Shown here piece by piece: positions 1-9,412 of a DNA stretch of 64,000 nucleotides; the first letter of the stretch is position 1; the number at the start of each line of letters is the position of its first letter. Below the pieces are notes generated by a model, which worked only from the letters and a program-made list of their open reading frames with translations, was not told the DNA's origin and did no database searches. The translations under genes and the position numbers were made by a program. Origin of the DNA: a virus. The stretch lies in IMG/VR virus record IMGVR_UViG_3300044981_000029, positions 6,195 through 70,194 of that record; one strand, 5' to 3'.

Positions 1-365
1 CCAGCGTCACGCCGAACTACACGGACAGCACCGGAACGTACTCGGTTGGTGTTGGCGACGTGTTCGGACTGCCGTTTCGCATGGATCGATATGAATATCT
101 GCAATACTGCTGGAACGGCATCAACAATGTGAACCAGACTGGCTTTGTGGCGGCGGTTCAGACCGTACCCACGGCCACCACGGGCGATGTCCGCGGCACG
201 CTGCAGGTTGGTCCCGGCGGAACGGGCACAGCCATCACCAACTCGGCGACCGCGAACGGAACGGCTCGGTTGTGGATCTTGCAGACAATGCCATTGTGGA
301 ATGATATCTCTGGTACGCCGACGAATACCGTGCCATTTTTTGGACAGACCCAATTCACGAATTGA
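1..365 (+). CDS. Virion structural protein, 5'-truncated (head decoration-like)
   Basis: Frame is open from base 3 (SVTPNYTDSTGTYSVGVGDVFGLP...). Thr/Gly-rich beta-type composition, at the head of the structural block. Confidence 0.6.
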   Translation, partial: SVTPNYTDSTGTYSVGVGDVFGLPFRMDRYEYLQYCWNGINNVNQTGFVAAVQTVPTATTGDVRGTLQVGPGGTGTAITNSATANGTARLWILQTMPLWNDISGTPTNTVPFFGQTQFTN

Positions 366-416
366 TTGCGGTAGACCGCACCGAGCCCACGGACCCGGGC
401 AGAAAAGGAAGACGAT

Positions 417-722
417 ATGTCGAGAGCTCGCCATAAGGAGCATGAAAAGCATCATCACGAACGCGCCAAGGGTGGCCGGATTGACATGAAGGTGTCTGGC
501 AATCCTGACGTATTCGAGGAGGCCCACGAGAAGCACAAGAAGGGCGGCCGCGTGAAGAAAAAGCACGAGATGCATGCTGAGGGCGAAAAGTCCAAGCATC
601 GCATGGACCGTCCGCGACGGGCGCGCGGCGGCAAGGTGCACGGCTCGGATCAGGCGCCGTTCAGTTCGGCGAAGAACTCGACCAAGACGCATGAAGAGGC
701 TGGGCAGGACGGTCCGGACTGA
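417..722 (+). CDS. Small basic His/Lys-rich protein with three xxxGGx[VI] motifs (putative internal virion protein)
   Basis: AAGGAAG RBS. Motifs RAKGGRI, HKKGGRV, RARGGKV. Shares a 25-aa block with the 57105-58148 protein. Confidence 0.75.
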   Translation: MSRARHKEHEKHHHERAKGGRIDMKVSGNPDVFEEAHEKHKKGGRVKKKHEMHAEGEKSKHRMDRPRRARGGKVHGSDQAPFSSAKNSTKTHEEAGQDGPD

Positions 723-922
723 TGGCGAAGCTGACCTCAAAAGCGAGGAATATGCTCCCGGCAAAGGATTTTGGCGGACCGGATAGGAGCTACCCCCTAA
801 ATGATGCAACCCACGCTAGAAACGCTCTAGCGAGAGCTTCGCAACATGCATCTGAAGGCTTGAAGTCGCACATCAAGGAAATTGTTCACCGCAAGTTTCC
901 CGGCATCAAGCAAGGCGACTAG
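722..922 (+). CDS. Conserved small phage head-module protein (DUF6582-like)
   Basis: LP..DF..P.RSYPLND..HARNALARASQ pattern; TGATG coupling to the upstream gene. Confidence 0.65.
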   Translation: MAKLTSKARNMLPAKDFGGPDRSYPLNDATHARNALARASQHASEGLKSHIKEIVHRKFPGIKQGD

Positions 923-942
923 CGGTCTAACCGAGGATCGCT

Positions 943-1608
943 ATGGGCCTGCCGAACACATTCACCCGAGTTCTAGCCGCTGCGGTGGCGAACAACATAG
1001 CGGCATCGCAGAGTCCCGCTGCCGGCGCCATCCTGATCAACGGCTCGGCCGCTTCGAACGGCATTGCTACGCTGGACCAGCAGCGTCGGGTTATCATCAC
1101 GTCCGGTGGTAATGACAGCGGCATCACATTTACGGTCAACGGCACGAACCAGGCCGGTTTCCCGATCTCGGATAGCTTTGTCGGCGCCAACGTCGGAGCT
1201 GCGCAGTCCAACCTGGACTTTCTGACTGTCACCAGTGTCACGCACACCGGTTCGGTAGCATCTACAATCACGATAGGAACGAACACGGTAGGCTCGTCGT
1301 TCTGGCAGATCATCAATTGGAACGCGGTTCCGACGAACCTGACCATTGCGGTTGAAGTGCGGAGCGGATCGGCGAATTTCACCGTTGAGCACACCTATGA
1401 CGACCCGAATATCCTGCCGATGACGGGCGGTCTGAATGCAGCCGGCAAAACGTTCCCCACACCATGGCCTGATGTTACTATCAGTGGTGCAACGTCATCG
1501 ATCGAGACGGCGTATCAGATCCCCATTCTTGCGTGGCGGCTCACGACTAACTCAGGAACGGGGACACTGGTCTGCCGCGCGCTGCAATCTGGCTTGGGGA
1601 GCCCGTAA
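943..1608 (+). CDS. Virion structural protein
   Basis: GAGG RBS; 221 aa Ser/Thr/Gly-rich beta protein in the structural operon. Confidence 0.7.
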   Translation: MGLPNTFTRVLAAAVANNIAASQSPAAGAILINGSAASNGIATLDQQRRVIITSGGNDSGITFTVNGTNQAGFPISDSFVGANVGAAQSNLDFLTVTSVTHTGSVASTITIGTNTVGSSFWQIINWNAVPTNLTIAVEVRSGSANFTVEHTYDDPNILPMTGGLNAAGKTFPTPWPDVTISGATSSIETAYQIPILAWRLTTNSGTGTLVCRALQSGLGSP

Positions 1609-2228
1609 TGCTGAACAAGGTTGACTTCGGAACATATTCCCTGGCGCTGCTGACGATCCTTTGCCAAGCCGAGGCACAGGCGCAGACCGTTCAAACGACG
1701 ATCGGAAAATATTTCACCAACGTTGCCGGATCTACCCTGACCCGCGCCAACAACACGGCGACGTATTCGGCGAACCAGACGGTATGCGCTGCGACTGCTA
1801 CCACGATCTGTGTACCCGGCACCATCTCGATCGCGGCTGTGAACAATGGCATCCAGTTCATCAATCGCGTTACCCTCCTCAAGTCAGGATCCGCGACGGC
1901 AAGTGCCAACTTCACGATATGGCTGTTTTCTGCCGCGCCAGGGACGGCTACGCCCAATCAATTCGACGCCACGGCATACAGCGGACCTCGCATCGCCGAC
2001 ATGCCGAACTACATCGGCAACGCAGCCTGCAATACGCCGCTGCCAACGTCGGACAGCACGGCCGGTGTGTGGTTTGAGTGCACGCTTAGCAATCCGAACA
2101 CGGCCGGCGCCCTCGCTGCTCTGGCGCAGAGCGGAACGAACAGTATCAACTATCTGTTGTCGGTGACTGCGGCTTATGCGCCTGCTGCCAGCGAGACATT
2201 TACACCTTACGTCACCGGGTTCTACTAG
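1608..2228 (+). CDS. Putative structural/exported protein with signal-like N-terminus and paired Cys
   Basis: TAATG coupling; hydrophobic N-terminus ending AQA; CAATATTIC and C...C pairs. Confidence 0.65.
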   Translation: MLNKVDFGTYSLALLTILCQAEAQAQTVQTTIGKYFTNVAGSTLTRANNTATYSANQTVCAATATTICVPGTISIAAVNNGIQFINRVTLLKSGSATASANFTIWLFSAAPGTATPNQFDATAYSGPRIADMPNYIGNAACNTPLPTSDSTAGVWFECTLSNPNTAGALAALAQSGTNSINYLLSVTAAYAPAASETFTPYVTGFY

Positions 2229-2238
2229 GAGGTAGCAA

Positions 2239-2937
2239 TTGGCCTCAAGTGGAACCTATAACTTTGCACCATCTATAGGACAGTGCACGATTGCTGCGTT
2301 CGAGCGCATTCAATTGCGCCTGCCTCAATTGCGGACTGAGCATTTCAACACTGCGTTCTTTGAGAGCAATCTTCTCATGGCGCAGTTCAGCAATCTGCAG
2401 CCCAATCTATGGAAGGTAACACAAACCCCTGTTAACCTGGTGAGCGGGACGGCCTCGTATTCCATCCCTTCCAACGTGGTCATGATCCTCGATGCGTGGA
2501 TCTCTACGAACTTCGGATCATCGCAGCAGAGCGATACATACATCACTCCGTTCAGCCGAACCGAATACGCCAGCACCGCGAACAAGAGCACTCCGGGGAA
2601 GCCAACGACCTATTGGTTCGACCGCACACCACCAGCGCAGACCATAACCATGTGGCCGGTCCCGGATGCGAGCGGACCTTATGTGCTGAATTACTTCGCC
2701 TGTCTGCAAATGCAGGACAGCGCTCTGCAGAGCGGGCAAACTCCTGATTTGCCTTACCTCTGGCTGGACGCCTATGTGGCCGGTATGGCGCATCGCCTCG
2801 CTCGTGTGTATAAACCGGAACTGGAAGCGATACGAAAAACCGACGCTGGCGAGGCATGGAAGATCGCCGCAGAGCAGGGTGTTGAGAATGTTCCGCTATC
2901 TTTTGCGCCAACGATCCGCACATATTATCGGAGATAG
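2239..2937 (+). CDS. Head-tail adaptor / tail tubular protein A-like
   Basis: GGAGG RBS with TTG start. SGTYNF N-terminus, NK...GKPT.YWFDR, WPVPD and WLDAYVAGMA patterns typical of podovirus adaptors. Confidence 0.75.
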   Translation: MASSGTYNFAPSIGQCTIAAFERIQLRLPQLRTEHFNTAFFESNLLMAQFSNLQPNLWKVTQTPVNLVSGTASYSIPSNVVMILDAWISTNFGSSQQSDTYITPFSRTEYASTANKSTPGKPTTYWFDRTPPAQTITMWPVPDASGPYVLNYFACLQMQDSALQSGQTPDLPYLWLDAYVAGMAHRLARVYKPELEAIRKTDAGEAWKIAAEQGVENVPLSFAPTIRTYYRR

Positions 2938-2939
2938 GT

Positions 2940-3473
2940 ATGCAGGAAAATTGGCGTCCAGTGGTTGATTATGAGGATCTGTACGAAGTCTCAGATCAGG
3001 GACGCGTGCGCAGCTTTGATCGAGTAACAGTTTTTAGTGATGGAAGAAAACGTACCTTTCGAGGACGAATGTTAACACCGGGTCATTCGCAAGGATATCC
3101 TCGCGTCAACCTCTATGCTGCTGACAAAAGCGTCAGGCCAAGAGTAATTCATCAGTTAGTTACGGAGGCATTTATCGGTCCATGTCCTGACGGACAAGAA
3201 GTTCGTCATTACGATGGGGACAAAAAGAACTGTACTCTTGGTAACCTTATATACGGTACGCGTAGCGATAATTATTTCGACAAGTATCGTCATGGCAAGG
3301 ATGTTCGAGGCGCCCGTCACGGCATGTCAAAACTTACTGAAGAAATGGTTATTTCTATCCGCAAGATGTGCGCCGATGGCAGATATACGCAGACGCAGAT
3401 TGCCAAATTCTTTGATATAGATCCTAGCCACGTTTCTGATCTAAAAAACCGGTACCGATGGGGGCACATTTGA
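2940..3473 (+). CDS. NUMOD4-HNH homing endonuclease
   Basis: ENWRPVVDYEDLYEVSDQGRVRS (NUMOD4), HQLV..AF.GP.P...VRH.DG...N...NL (HNH), C-terminal HTH; locally AT-richer. Confidence 0.9.
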   Translation: MQENWRPVVDYEDLYEVSDQGRVRSFDRVTVFSDGRKRTFRGRMLTPGHSQGYPRVNLYAADKSVRPRVIHQLVTEAFIGPCPDGQEVRHYDGDKKNCTLGNLIYGTRSDNYFDKYRHGKDVRGARHGMSKLTEEMVISIRKMCADGRYTQTQIAKFFDIDPSHVSDLKNRYRWGHI

Positions 3474-3841
3474 GCTGGCGCAAGCACCCAAAACACACTC
3501 GAACCAGCCCGCGATCTCCGGAGGGTTGGGGGACATGCGATCGCAGCGGGTTTTTAGGACAATGTCGCGATCTAGTTGTACAGACCGAATGGCGCGGGCT
3601 GCGCCTGATGCCGACCAACATTCGCGTCTTGCCGCAGTATCTCGACAAACCCCAACGCCAGCTCGGCGCCAACATCCTGTCACCCGATCCAGTGCCGCTG
3701 CAGAACGCTCGACCCGAGCAGTACCCGATCGACGAAATTTGGCCGCGTCTGCTCCAGAATGGACAGCCTCGGTATTTGCAGCGGTCTGAATGCTCTCGAT
3801 CATTGCAGGCGTCGGCTTACTTTGCGCAGGGCAAGTTCTGA
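3458..3841 (+). CDS. Conserved podovirus tail-module protein (start may be TTG 3470)
   Basis: WGTCDRSGF...W.GL...D.PQ.QL...DP.P..ARPE pattern; sits after the adaptor gene. Confidence 0.65.
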   Translation: MGAHLSWRKHPKHTRTSPRSPEGWGTCDRSGFLGQCRDLVVQTEWRGLRLMPTNIRVLPQYLDKPQRQLGANILSPDPVPLQNARPEQYPIDEIWPRLLQNGQPRYLQRSECSRSLQASAYFAQGKF

Positions 3842-4335
3842 TGGCGGTTCAGAATCCAGCGTTTCTCGGCATATTCCAAGGCGGTCAAATGACCGACCTG
3901 CCGCCATTTCCGTTTTCGGTGGATCTGACGGCGTTGTTCGAGATCGTTTCGCCGGGCAATGAGATTGCCGGCGTCAACTATTCGATATCGGCACTTCAGG
4001 TCGCTCAACTCATCGGTGGCGTGATCTATTCCCAGCCTACGTTTGTGCTTGCGGGGTCGTCGTACGATTCGGTCATTACTGACACGAGGATTCTGGTCAA
4101 CAAAACGATCGGGTCCGCGACATCGATCGTTCTAGCGCCGTCTGCGGGATATCAGTTGCCGGTTCTGGTGAAGGACTTGAAGGGGGACTCCGCAACTAAC
4201 CCGATTACGGTGACATTCTCGTCCGGACAGACGCTTGACGGACTTTCTCCTGCCCAAGTCGTCATCGAGAATCCCTACGGATATTTCTGGTTCAATCCTC
4301 TGGCGGCCGGAGGATGGTACGATGCGGCTAATTAG
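3841..4335 (+). CDS. Hypothetical tail-associated protein
   Basis: TGATG-coupled ATG 3841. VKDLKGDSATNPITV...LDG resembles fibre-associated beta modules. Confidence 0.65.
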   Translation: MAVQNPAFLGIFQGGQMTDLPPFPFSVDLTALFEIVSPGNEIAGVNYSISALQVAQLIGGVIYSQPTFVLAGSSYDSVITDTRILVNKTIGSATSIVLAPSAGYQLPVLVKDLKGDSATNPITVTFSSGQTLDGLSPAQVVIENPYGYFWFNPLAAGGWYDAAN

Positions 4336-6709
4336 AGCACTCATCATTGGTGCGCTGCTTGGCTTTGCGAGCCCTGCGGCAGCGCAATCGGGGTGTGGCG
4401 GCCAAGCTCAGGCCAATCAATTCTGTGGCAATGGCGCATCCGCTGGCATCCCCGGCTTTCGCCTGCTTCCTCCCGGAGGCACCACGCCGATCAACGGTGG
4501 AACGGTGCTCGGCAACCCAACCGGCGCATCCGCGCTACCGACCGCCACGCCTACGCCCTTGCTTGGCATCCCCGGAACGACACAAGGGACGCTGGGCTTT
4601 TCCGGTCTGACAAGCGGCACCGTGACGCTGGCGCCGCAGTCCGTGGCCGGTTCGGTCGCACTGACACTGCCGAATACGAGCGGGACGATCGCGGACGGCG
4701 CCGCCACTCCGCTGGTGTTGAGTTCGACGACCGGTGGGTTGACATGCCCGACCTGTGTTACGTCGTCGGGGGGTGGCGCCATCACTGGGACGCTGCCGAT
4801 TTCGGTAAGTGCGGCTGGCGTGGTGTCACTGGCCACACCGGTTAGCCTCGCCTTCGGTGGCACCAATGCCAACCTGACAGCCTCGAACGGCGGAATCCTG
4901 TGGTCGAACGCAACGCAGGCTCAAATCCTTGCGGGCACGGCGACGGCCCGGCAAATGCTCCAGTCCGGGGCTACGGCGACGCCCGCATGGTCAACCGACG
5001 TTTGGCCGGCCACAACTGCGGCGGGAACGCTACTGACCTCTGCGACGGCCAATACGATTACAGCCTCCGCCACTCCCACATTGGGCGTGGCGGGATCTTT
5101 GCAGGGCACCTTGGGATTTTCCGGCGTCACGAGCGGCACCGCAACAGTCACCGCCCAAGCCGCCGCCGGAAGCCCGACGCTTACCCTTCCAAACGCGACT
5201 GGCACGCTGGCAGATGGCGCGTCTGCGCCGTTGGCTCTGAGTGCCACGACCGGAAATCTGACGATTACAGGCGCTGCGGGCCAAGTTTTGGCTGGCGCCA
5301 CCCCAGCATTCACAGCCACGCCGGTTCTCGGCGTCGCAGGTTCAACAGTAGGCTCTCTTGGATTCCAGAACGCCACCAGCGGAACGTCCACGTTGCAGCC
5401 GGTGACAGGAGCGCTAGGAACACCGGTAATTCTGGTCCCTAATTCCTCTGGGACTATGGCAGTTAGCGCCTCGTCACCACTAACGCTTAATGCATCCACT
5501 GGTGCGTTAGCATGCCCAACATGCGTGACATCTTCTAGCTTGGTGGTGGGTACCACAGCGATCGCCAGCGGCACAACCACGAGAATCCTATTTGATAATG
5601 CAGGAGTATTGGGTGAATACACACTTACTGGCACAGGCACCACAGTTGCGATGTCGGCGGGTCCGACGTTCAGCGGAACTGTTGTAGCTCCAACTATCGC
5701 GGGAGGAACTGGAGCGGCTTCGAGCTTGCTTCTTCAGAGTACATCCGGCGCCGGTACCACGGACTTCATCGCTTTTCAGACTGCTTCTCAAGTTGAGCGT
5801 ATGCGGATCTTGACCGGTGGCAACGTTGGGATCGGTACGAACGCTCCACAATCGCTATTGCATATAAACAAGAATGCAACACAGAACGTTGCCGCCATAG
5901 TCGGAACAAGCAGCCTCCAGCTAACCGGACTAGATGCTTCGCCAACGTACATGGAGATCAATGGATTTGGAGCTAATCCACAAATCAATATGACTAGATC
6001 CGACGGCACCGCTGCAAGCAAAACAGCAGTTTTGAGCAACGATAATCTATTCATACTTAACGGCGTTGGATACGACGGAACGGCCTACGGATCACTTGAT
6101 TCTGCGATAATTGTGAAGGCCGCACAAAACTTCGCAGTTGGGTCTCACGGCACATTCGTTTCAATATTTACGACGCCAAATAACACAGTATCGATAGCTG
6201 AAGCCGCTAGATTTCAGGCATCTGGCGGTATATCGATAGGCACCACTACAGATCCCGGACTCGGAAGTATCCAGGTCAATGGTCAGGAATTCATTCCAAA
6301 CGCGGCTAGCGACTCGGGGCTGACCGACAGTACTGCGTGCCTCCGAACGTCGAATGGGCAAATACTGAAAGGATCCGGAACCCTCGGTATTTGCCTTGGC
6401 ACATCCAGCGCACGCTACAAAAACAACATAGTTGATTTGCGTGATGGTATCGACCAAATCGATGCGTTGCGCGCGATCAACTTCAATTATAAGCCGAAAA
6501 TGGGTCACGATCCTGCAAAGGTTCAGTACGGCTTCACGGCTGAAGAAGTTTACAAGGTTCTGCCTAAGCTTGTCGATTTGGACGACCGAGGACGACCTAA
6601 TACCGTAGATATTCTTGGTATGGTTCCTGTTCTGGTAAAGGCAGTTCAACAACTCAAGGCTGATAACTACGACCTTAGGCGGCGAATGGAGAAACTGGAA
6701 AGTCGCTAA
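4322..6709 (+). CDS. Tail fibre/spike with C-terminal intramolecular chaperone (peptidase S74) and signal-peptide-like N-terminus
   Basis: GGAGG RBS before ATG 4322. Thr/Gly/Ala-rich repeats, RMRI..GGNVGIGT..P fibre motif, SSARYKNNI...YGFTAEEV...LVKAVQQLK chaperone. Confidence 0.85.
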   Translation: MRLIRALIIGALLGFASPAAAQSGCGGQAQANQFCGNGASAGIPGFRLLPPGGTTPINGGTVLGNPTGASALPTATPTPLLGIPGTTQGTLGFSGLTSGTVTLAPQSVAGSVALTLPNTSGTIADGAATPLVLSSTTGGLTCPTCVTSSGGGAITGTLPISVSAAGVVSLATPVSLAFGGTNANLTASNGGILWSNATQAQILAGTATARQMLQSGATATPAWSTDVWPATTAAGTLLTSATANTITASATPTLGVAGSLQGTLGFSGVTSGTATVTAQAAAGSPTLTLPNATGTLADGASAPLALSATTGNLTITGAAGQVLAGATPAFTATPVLGVAGSTVGSLGFQNATSGTSTLQPVTGALGTPVILVPNSSGTMAVSASSPLTLNASTGALACPTCVTSSSLVVGTTAIASGTTTRILFDNAGVLGEYTLTGTGTTVAMSAGPTFSGTVVAPTIAGGTGAASSLLLQSTSGAGTTDFIAFQTASQVERMRILTGGNVGIGTNAPQSLLHINKNATQNVAAIVGTSSLQLTGLDASPTYMEINGFGANPQINMTRSDGTAASKTAVLSNDNLFILNGVGYDGTAYGSLDSAIIVKAAQNFAVGSHGTFVSIFTTPNNTVSIAEAARFQASGGISIGTTTDPGLGSIQVNGQEFIPNAASDSGLTDSTACLRTSNGQILKGSGTLGICLGTSSARYKNNIVDLRDGIDQIDALRAINFNYKPKMGHDPAKVQYGFTAEEVYKVLPKLVDLDDRGRPNTVDILGMVPVLVKAVQQLKADNYDLRRRMEKLESR
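4541..5540 (+). repeat. Three ~65-aa internal repeats in the fibre protein (boundaries approximate)
   Basis: ATP.LG..G...G.LGF...TSGT.T........LPN.SGT.A.....PL.L...TG.L occurs three times; two copies end in CPTCVTSS. Confidence 0.8.
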
Positions 6710-6711
6710 CC

Positions 6712-7716
6712 ATGATGAGCAGAAGAAAAGCGGTGCTATCGATATCTGCAATATTATCGTTGGCATGTTCTACACGGATAGTTTTCTGCAAAGGGACAAG
6801 AATGAAGACCTATTTTGGAGACTCAATGACAGCCGCCGCTGGTGCGCAACTCGTGCTCGGATCGGCTGGCGTCTATTATCCATGGATCATCGCTGCTCAC
6901 CAAGGAGAACCTAATTTCGTCGATGTCGCGGTCAACGGAGCAAAATCACAGGACCAGATCGACCTGATTTATGCGCATTCTGTCGTGGCTGGAGATGAGC
7001 TGTTTTGCCTGCTCGGGACCAACGATCGCGTGGCATATGGCGGGTCGTCCGGTGCGCAGGAACTCTTTCAGAACTCCATGTCGGCCGCAGCCTACTGGCT
7101 GGCTGGCGGCAAGAAGCTACCGAGCGCGGATTGGACATTGACCGGTACGGGGTGGGGGAACTCAAGCCAGTTCGGCACGGCATTTTGCCGAGCGAGCGGT
7201 GTGTCGGGAGATTATGCGGAGGCCACCTTCAACGGGGACGTGTGTCTGTTCGGCTATGCTTTGGTTGACGGCTTCAACGGGACATTCACGCTGGCGGTCG
7301 ATGGCGCTAGCCAAGGAACTTTCTCCTGCCTTTCGCCTACGACGATAGGCGGCACCGGATATGGACCCGGCTTGATGCGCATCGCTGGATTTGGCCCAGG
7401 ATCCCATACGCTTCGCGCGACTGTGGTGAGCAACGGACTCGGCCTCAATTGGCTTGGTAGCGGTGTCCCCGCCGGCAGTTCGGTCTACCTGCTCACCCAG
7501 CCCCGCACATCGAATACGGCCGATGATTCAAACGTGGCCATATACAACGGCATCCTGGCCGGAATAGCCTCGCAGGCGACCGCAGATGGATATAGCGTGA
7601 CGCTCATTGACACTGGATCAACGATAGATCCAACCATAGACCTAGCGGATGCCGCTCATCCAAATGGTCGAGGACAAGCAAAAATGGCGGCGGAAGTTTT
7701 GAGTATCATTCCATGA
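6712..7716 (+). CDS. SGNH/GDSL hydrolase (esterase/deacetylase); alternative start 6802
   Basis: Blocks FGDSMT, VNGAKS, LGTND and DAAHPN. Confidence 0.85.
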   Translation: MMSRRKAVLSISAILSLACSTRIVFCKGTRMKTYFGDSMTAAAGAQLVLGSAGVYYPWIIAAHQGEPNFVDVAVNGAKSQDQIDLIYAHSVVAGDELFCLLGTNDRVAYGGSSGAQELFQNSMSAAAYWLAGGKKLPSADWTLTGTGWGNSSQFGTAFCRASGVSGDYAEATFNGDVCLFGYALVDGFNGTFTLAVDGASQGTFSCLSPTTIGGTGYGPGLMRIAGFGPGSHTLRATVVSNGLGLNWLGSGVPAGSSVYLLTQPRTSNTADDSNVAIYNGILAGIASQATADGYSVTLIDTGSTIDPTIDLADAAHPNGRGQAKMAAEVLSIIP

Positions 7717-8429
7717 GTTACACATACACATCGTTCACTACGACTCTTGCGAATTTTCTCGTCATCCCCACGAGTGACACGAATTTCATTCAGGCTATTC
7801 CTGCAATCATTGATGATGCCGAACAAAAAATATACCGCGACCTCCAGTTACTGAACACAATCGTTCGGGATTCGACGGGCGCGCTCACGGCAGGAAACCG
7901 CAATTTCTCATTACCGACGGATCAAGGCGTTTTTCTCGTGACAGAAAACTTCAATGTCATCACCCCGGCAGGAACGACAAACCCGGAATTTGGGACGCGC
8001 AATCCGCTATTGCCTGCCAGTAAGGAAACGCTGGACTATCTTTGGCCAGCCGCGACCGGATCAACCGTTCCGGTATACTTCGCTCCGATCACGCAGGGCG
8101 CATTCATCGTCGGACCTTGGCCGGATCAGAACTACACGATTGAGGTTGTCGGAACGCAGCGACCGGCACCGTTGTCTGCGACGAATACGACAACGCTGCT
8201 ATCGACGTATCTGCCGGATCTGTTCATGTGTGCCGCACTCGTCATGGGCGCTGGATATCTCAAGAATTTCGGCGCTGCTGCCGACGATCCGCAATCCGGC
8301 GTGACGTGGTCAACAAAGTACGACCAAGCCATGGCCACCGCAAAGACCGAAGAGTTCCTGAAGAAATTTCAGGGTCAAGGATGGAGCTCGGAAGACACGA
8401 GCCCAACCGTGACGCCACCGAGGACATAG
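7713..8429 (+). CDS. Second adaptor-type tail protein
   Basis: MSYTY...I..AEQKIYRDL, GP.PDQNY.IE and LS.YLPDL patterns. Confidence 0.7.
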   Translation: MSYTYTSFTTTLANFLVIPTSDTNFIQAIPAIIDDAEQKIYRDLQLLNTIVRDSTGALTAGNRNFSLPTDQGVFLVTENFNVITPAGTTNPEFGTRNPLLPASKETLDYLWPAATGSTVPVYFAPITQGAFIVGPWPDQNYTIEVVGTQRPAPLSATNTTTLLSTYLPDLFMCAALVMGAGYLKNFGAAADDPQSGVTWSTKYDQAMATAKTEEFLKKFQGQGWSSEDTSPTVTPPRT

Positions 8430-8430
8430 C

Positions 8431-9411
8431 ATGGCTGAGCCACAGACGGTTAATGGTGGGTTGATAGTTCCAAATACAGGTGATCTTGTCGGAACTTGGG
8501 GATCCGCAGCCCTTAACCCCGATTTTGTTGCCATCGATGGCTTTCTGTGCGGTGTTCAGACCATTAGTGTTGGTAGTTCTCCAATAACTCTCACTGCGCC
8601 CGCTGGATTCACGCCGACCCCTAGCGGGGGTCCGACGCAGGCGCAGAACATGGCATTGAAATTCACCGGGACGCTCACGACAAGCGTGACCGTGACGTTA
8701 CCGTTGCCGGGGATGTATATCATCCATAACCTACTCAGTGGAGGATTTCAAAATTTCGCCCTGATTTTAGCTGCTGCTGGATCCGGACAGGTTGTTTCGA
8801 CATGTCCTGGATCAGCTCAGCGCATCTATAACGACGGAACTAATGTTTATTTGGTCGATCTACCGCCGGTTGGAAGTTTCCTTGACCTATATACTGCGTC
8901 GGTTCCTGCTTGGATAAACGCTTGCACGGTTCCTCCATATCTGTACTGTAATGGATCAACATTTAACGGGACTACGTATCCGTTCTTGGCCGCCCTGTTA
9001 GGAACTCTGTCATTGCCTGACTTGAGAGGCAGATCAAGGGCCGCCTTTAATGACGGGACGAACCGGATTACTGCCGCTGGATCTGGCGTGAATGGTGACG
9101 CTGTGGGCTCTGCCGGTGGGCAGCAAAACGTCACGTTAGGAACCTCTAACCTGCCGCCATACACCCCAGGAGGCACGCCAGCCTGCACTGGCATTCTGTT
9201 GAATGGGTCAACCTCTATCACGTTGGGAACGCCGAGTGCTGGAGGTTTTGCGCCGGGTAGCGGGCCACAGCCAGGCGCAAATGGGGTTACCGTTTCTGCT
9301 ACGTTGGGAACGTTTTCTTTCAATGGAAATCCTCAAGGTGGTAGCAGCATTCCATTCACGAATATGTCTCCGGTTACTATTGCGGGCATTATGTTGATCA
9401 GGGCCGCATGA
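8431..9411 (+). CDS. Short tail fibre with tail-collar domain
   Basis: G...GTWG N-terminus; YLYCNGS......YP.L..LLG...LPDLRGR collar motif. Confidence 0.8.
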   Translation: MAEPQTVNGGLIVPNTGDLVGTWGSAALNPDFVAIDGFLCGVQTISVGSSPITLTAPAGFTPTPSGGPTQAQNMALKFTGTLTTSVTVTLPLPGMYIIHNLLSGGFQNFALILAAAGSGQVVSTCPGSAQRIYNDGTNVYLVDLPPVGSFLDLYTASVPAWINACTVPPYLYCNGSTFNGTTYPFLAALLGTLSLPDLRGRSRAAFNDGTNRITAAGSGVNGDAVGSAGGQQNVTLGTSNLPPYTPGGTPACTGILLNGSTSITLGTPSAGGFAPGSGPQPGANGVTVSATLGTFSFNGNPQGGSSIPFTNMSPVTIAGIMLIRAA

Positions 9412-9412
9412 G

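Noticed and set aside
4417-5643. Long antisense ORFs opposite the fibre gene (also 15155-16189, 17509-18306, 56952-58130, 60238-61170)
   Set aside because: Shadow ORFs expected from GC-rich codon bias; the plus-strand frames carry the recognisable motifs and RBSs.
4322-9411. Diversity-generating retroelement or invertible fibre cassette
   Set aside because: No reverse transcriptase, invertase or adenine-specific template/variable repeat pair seen.
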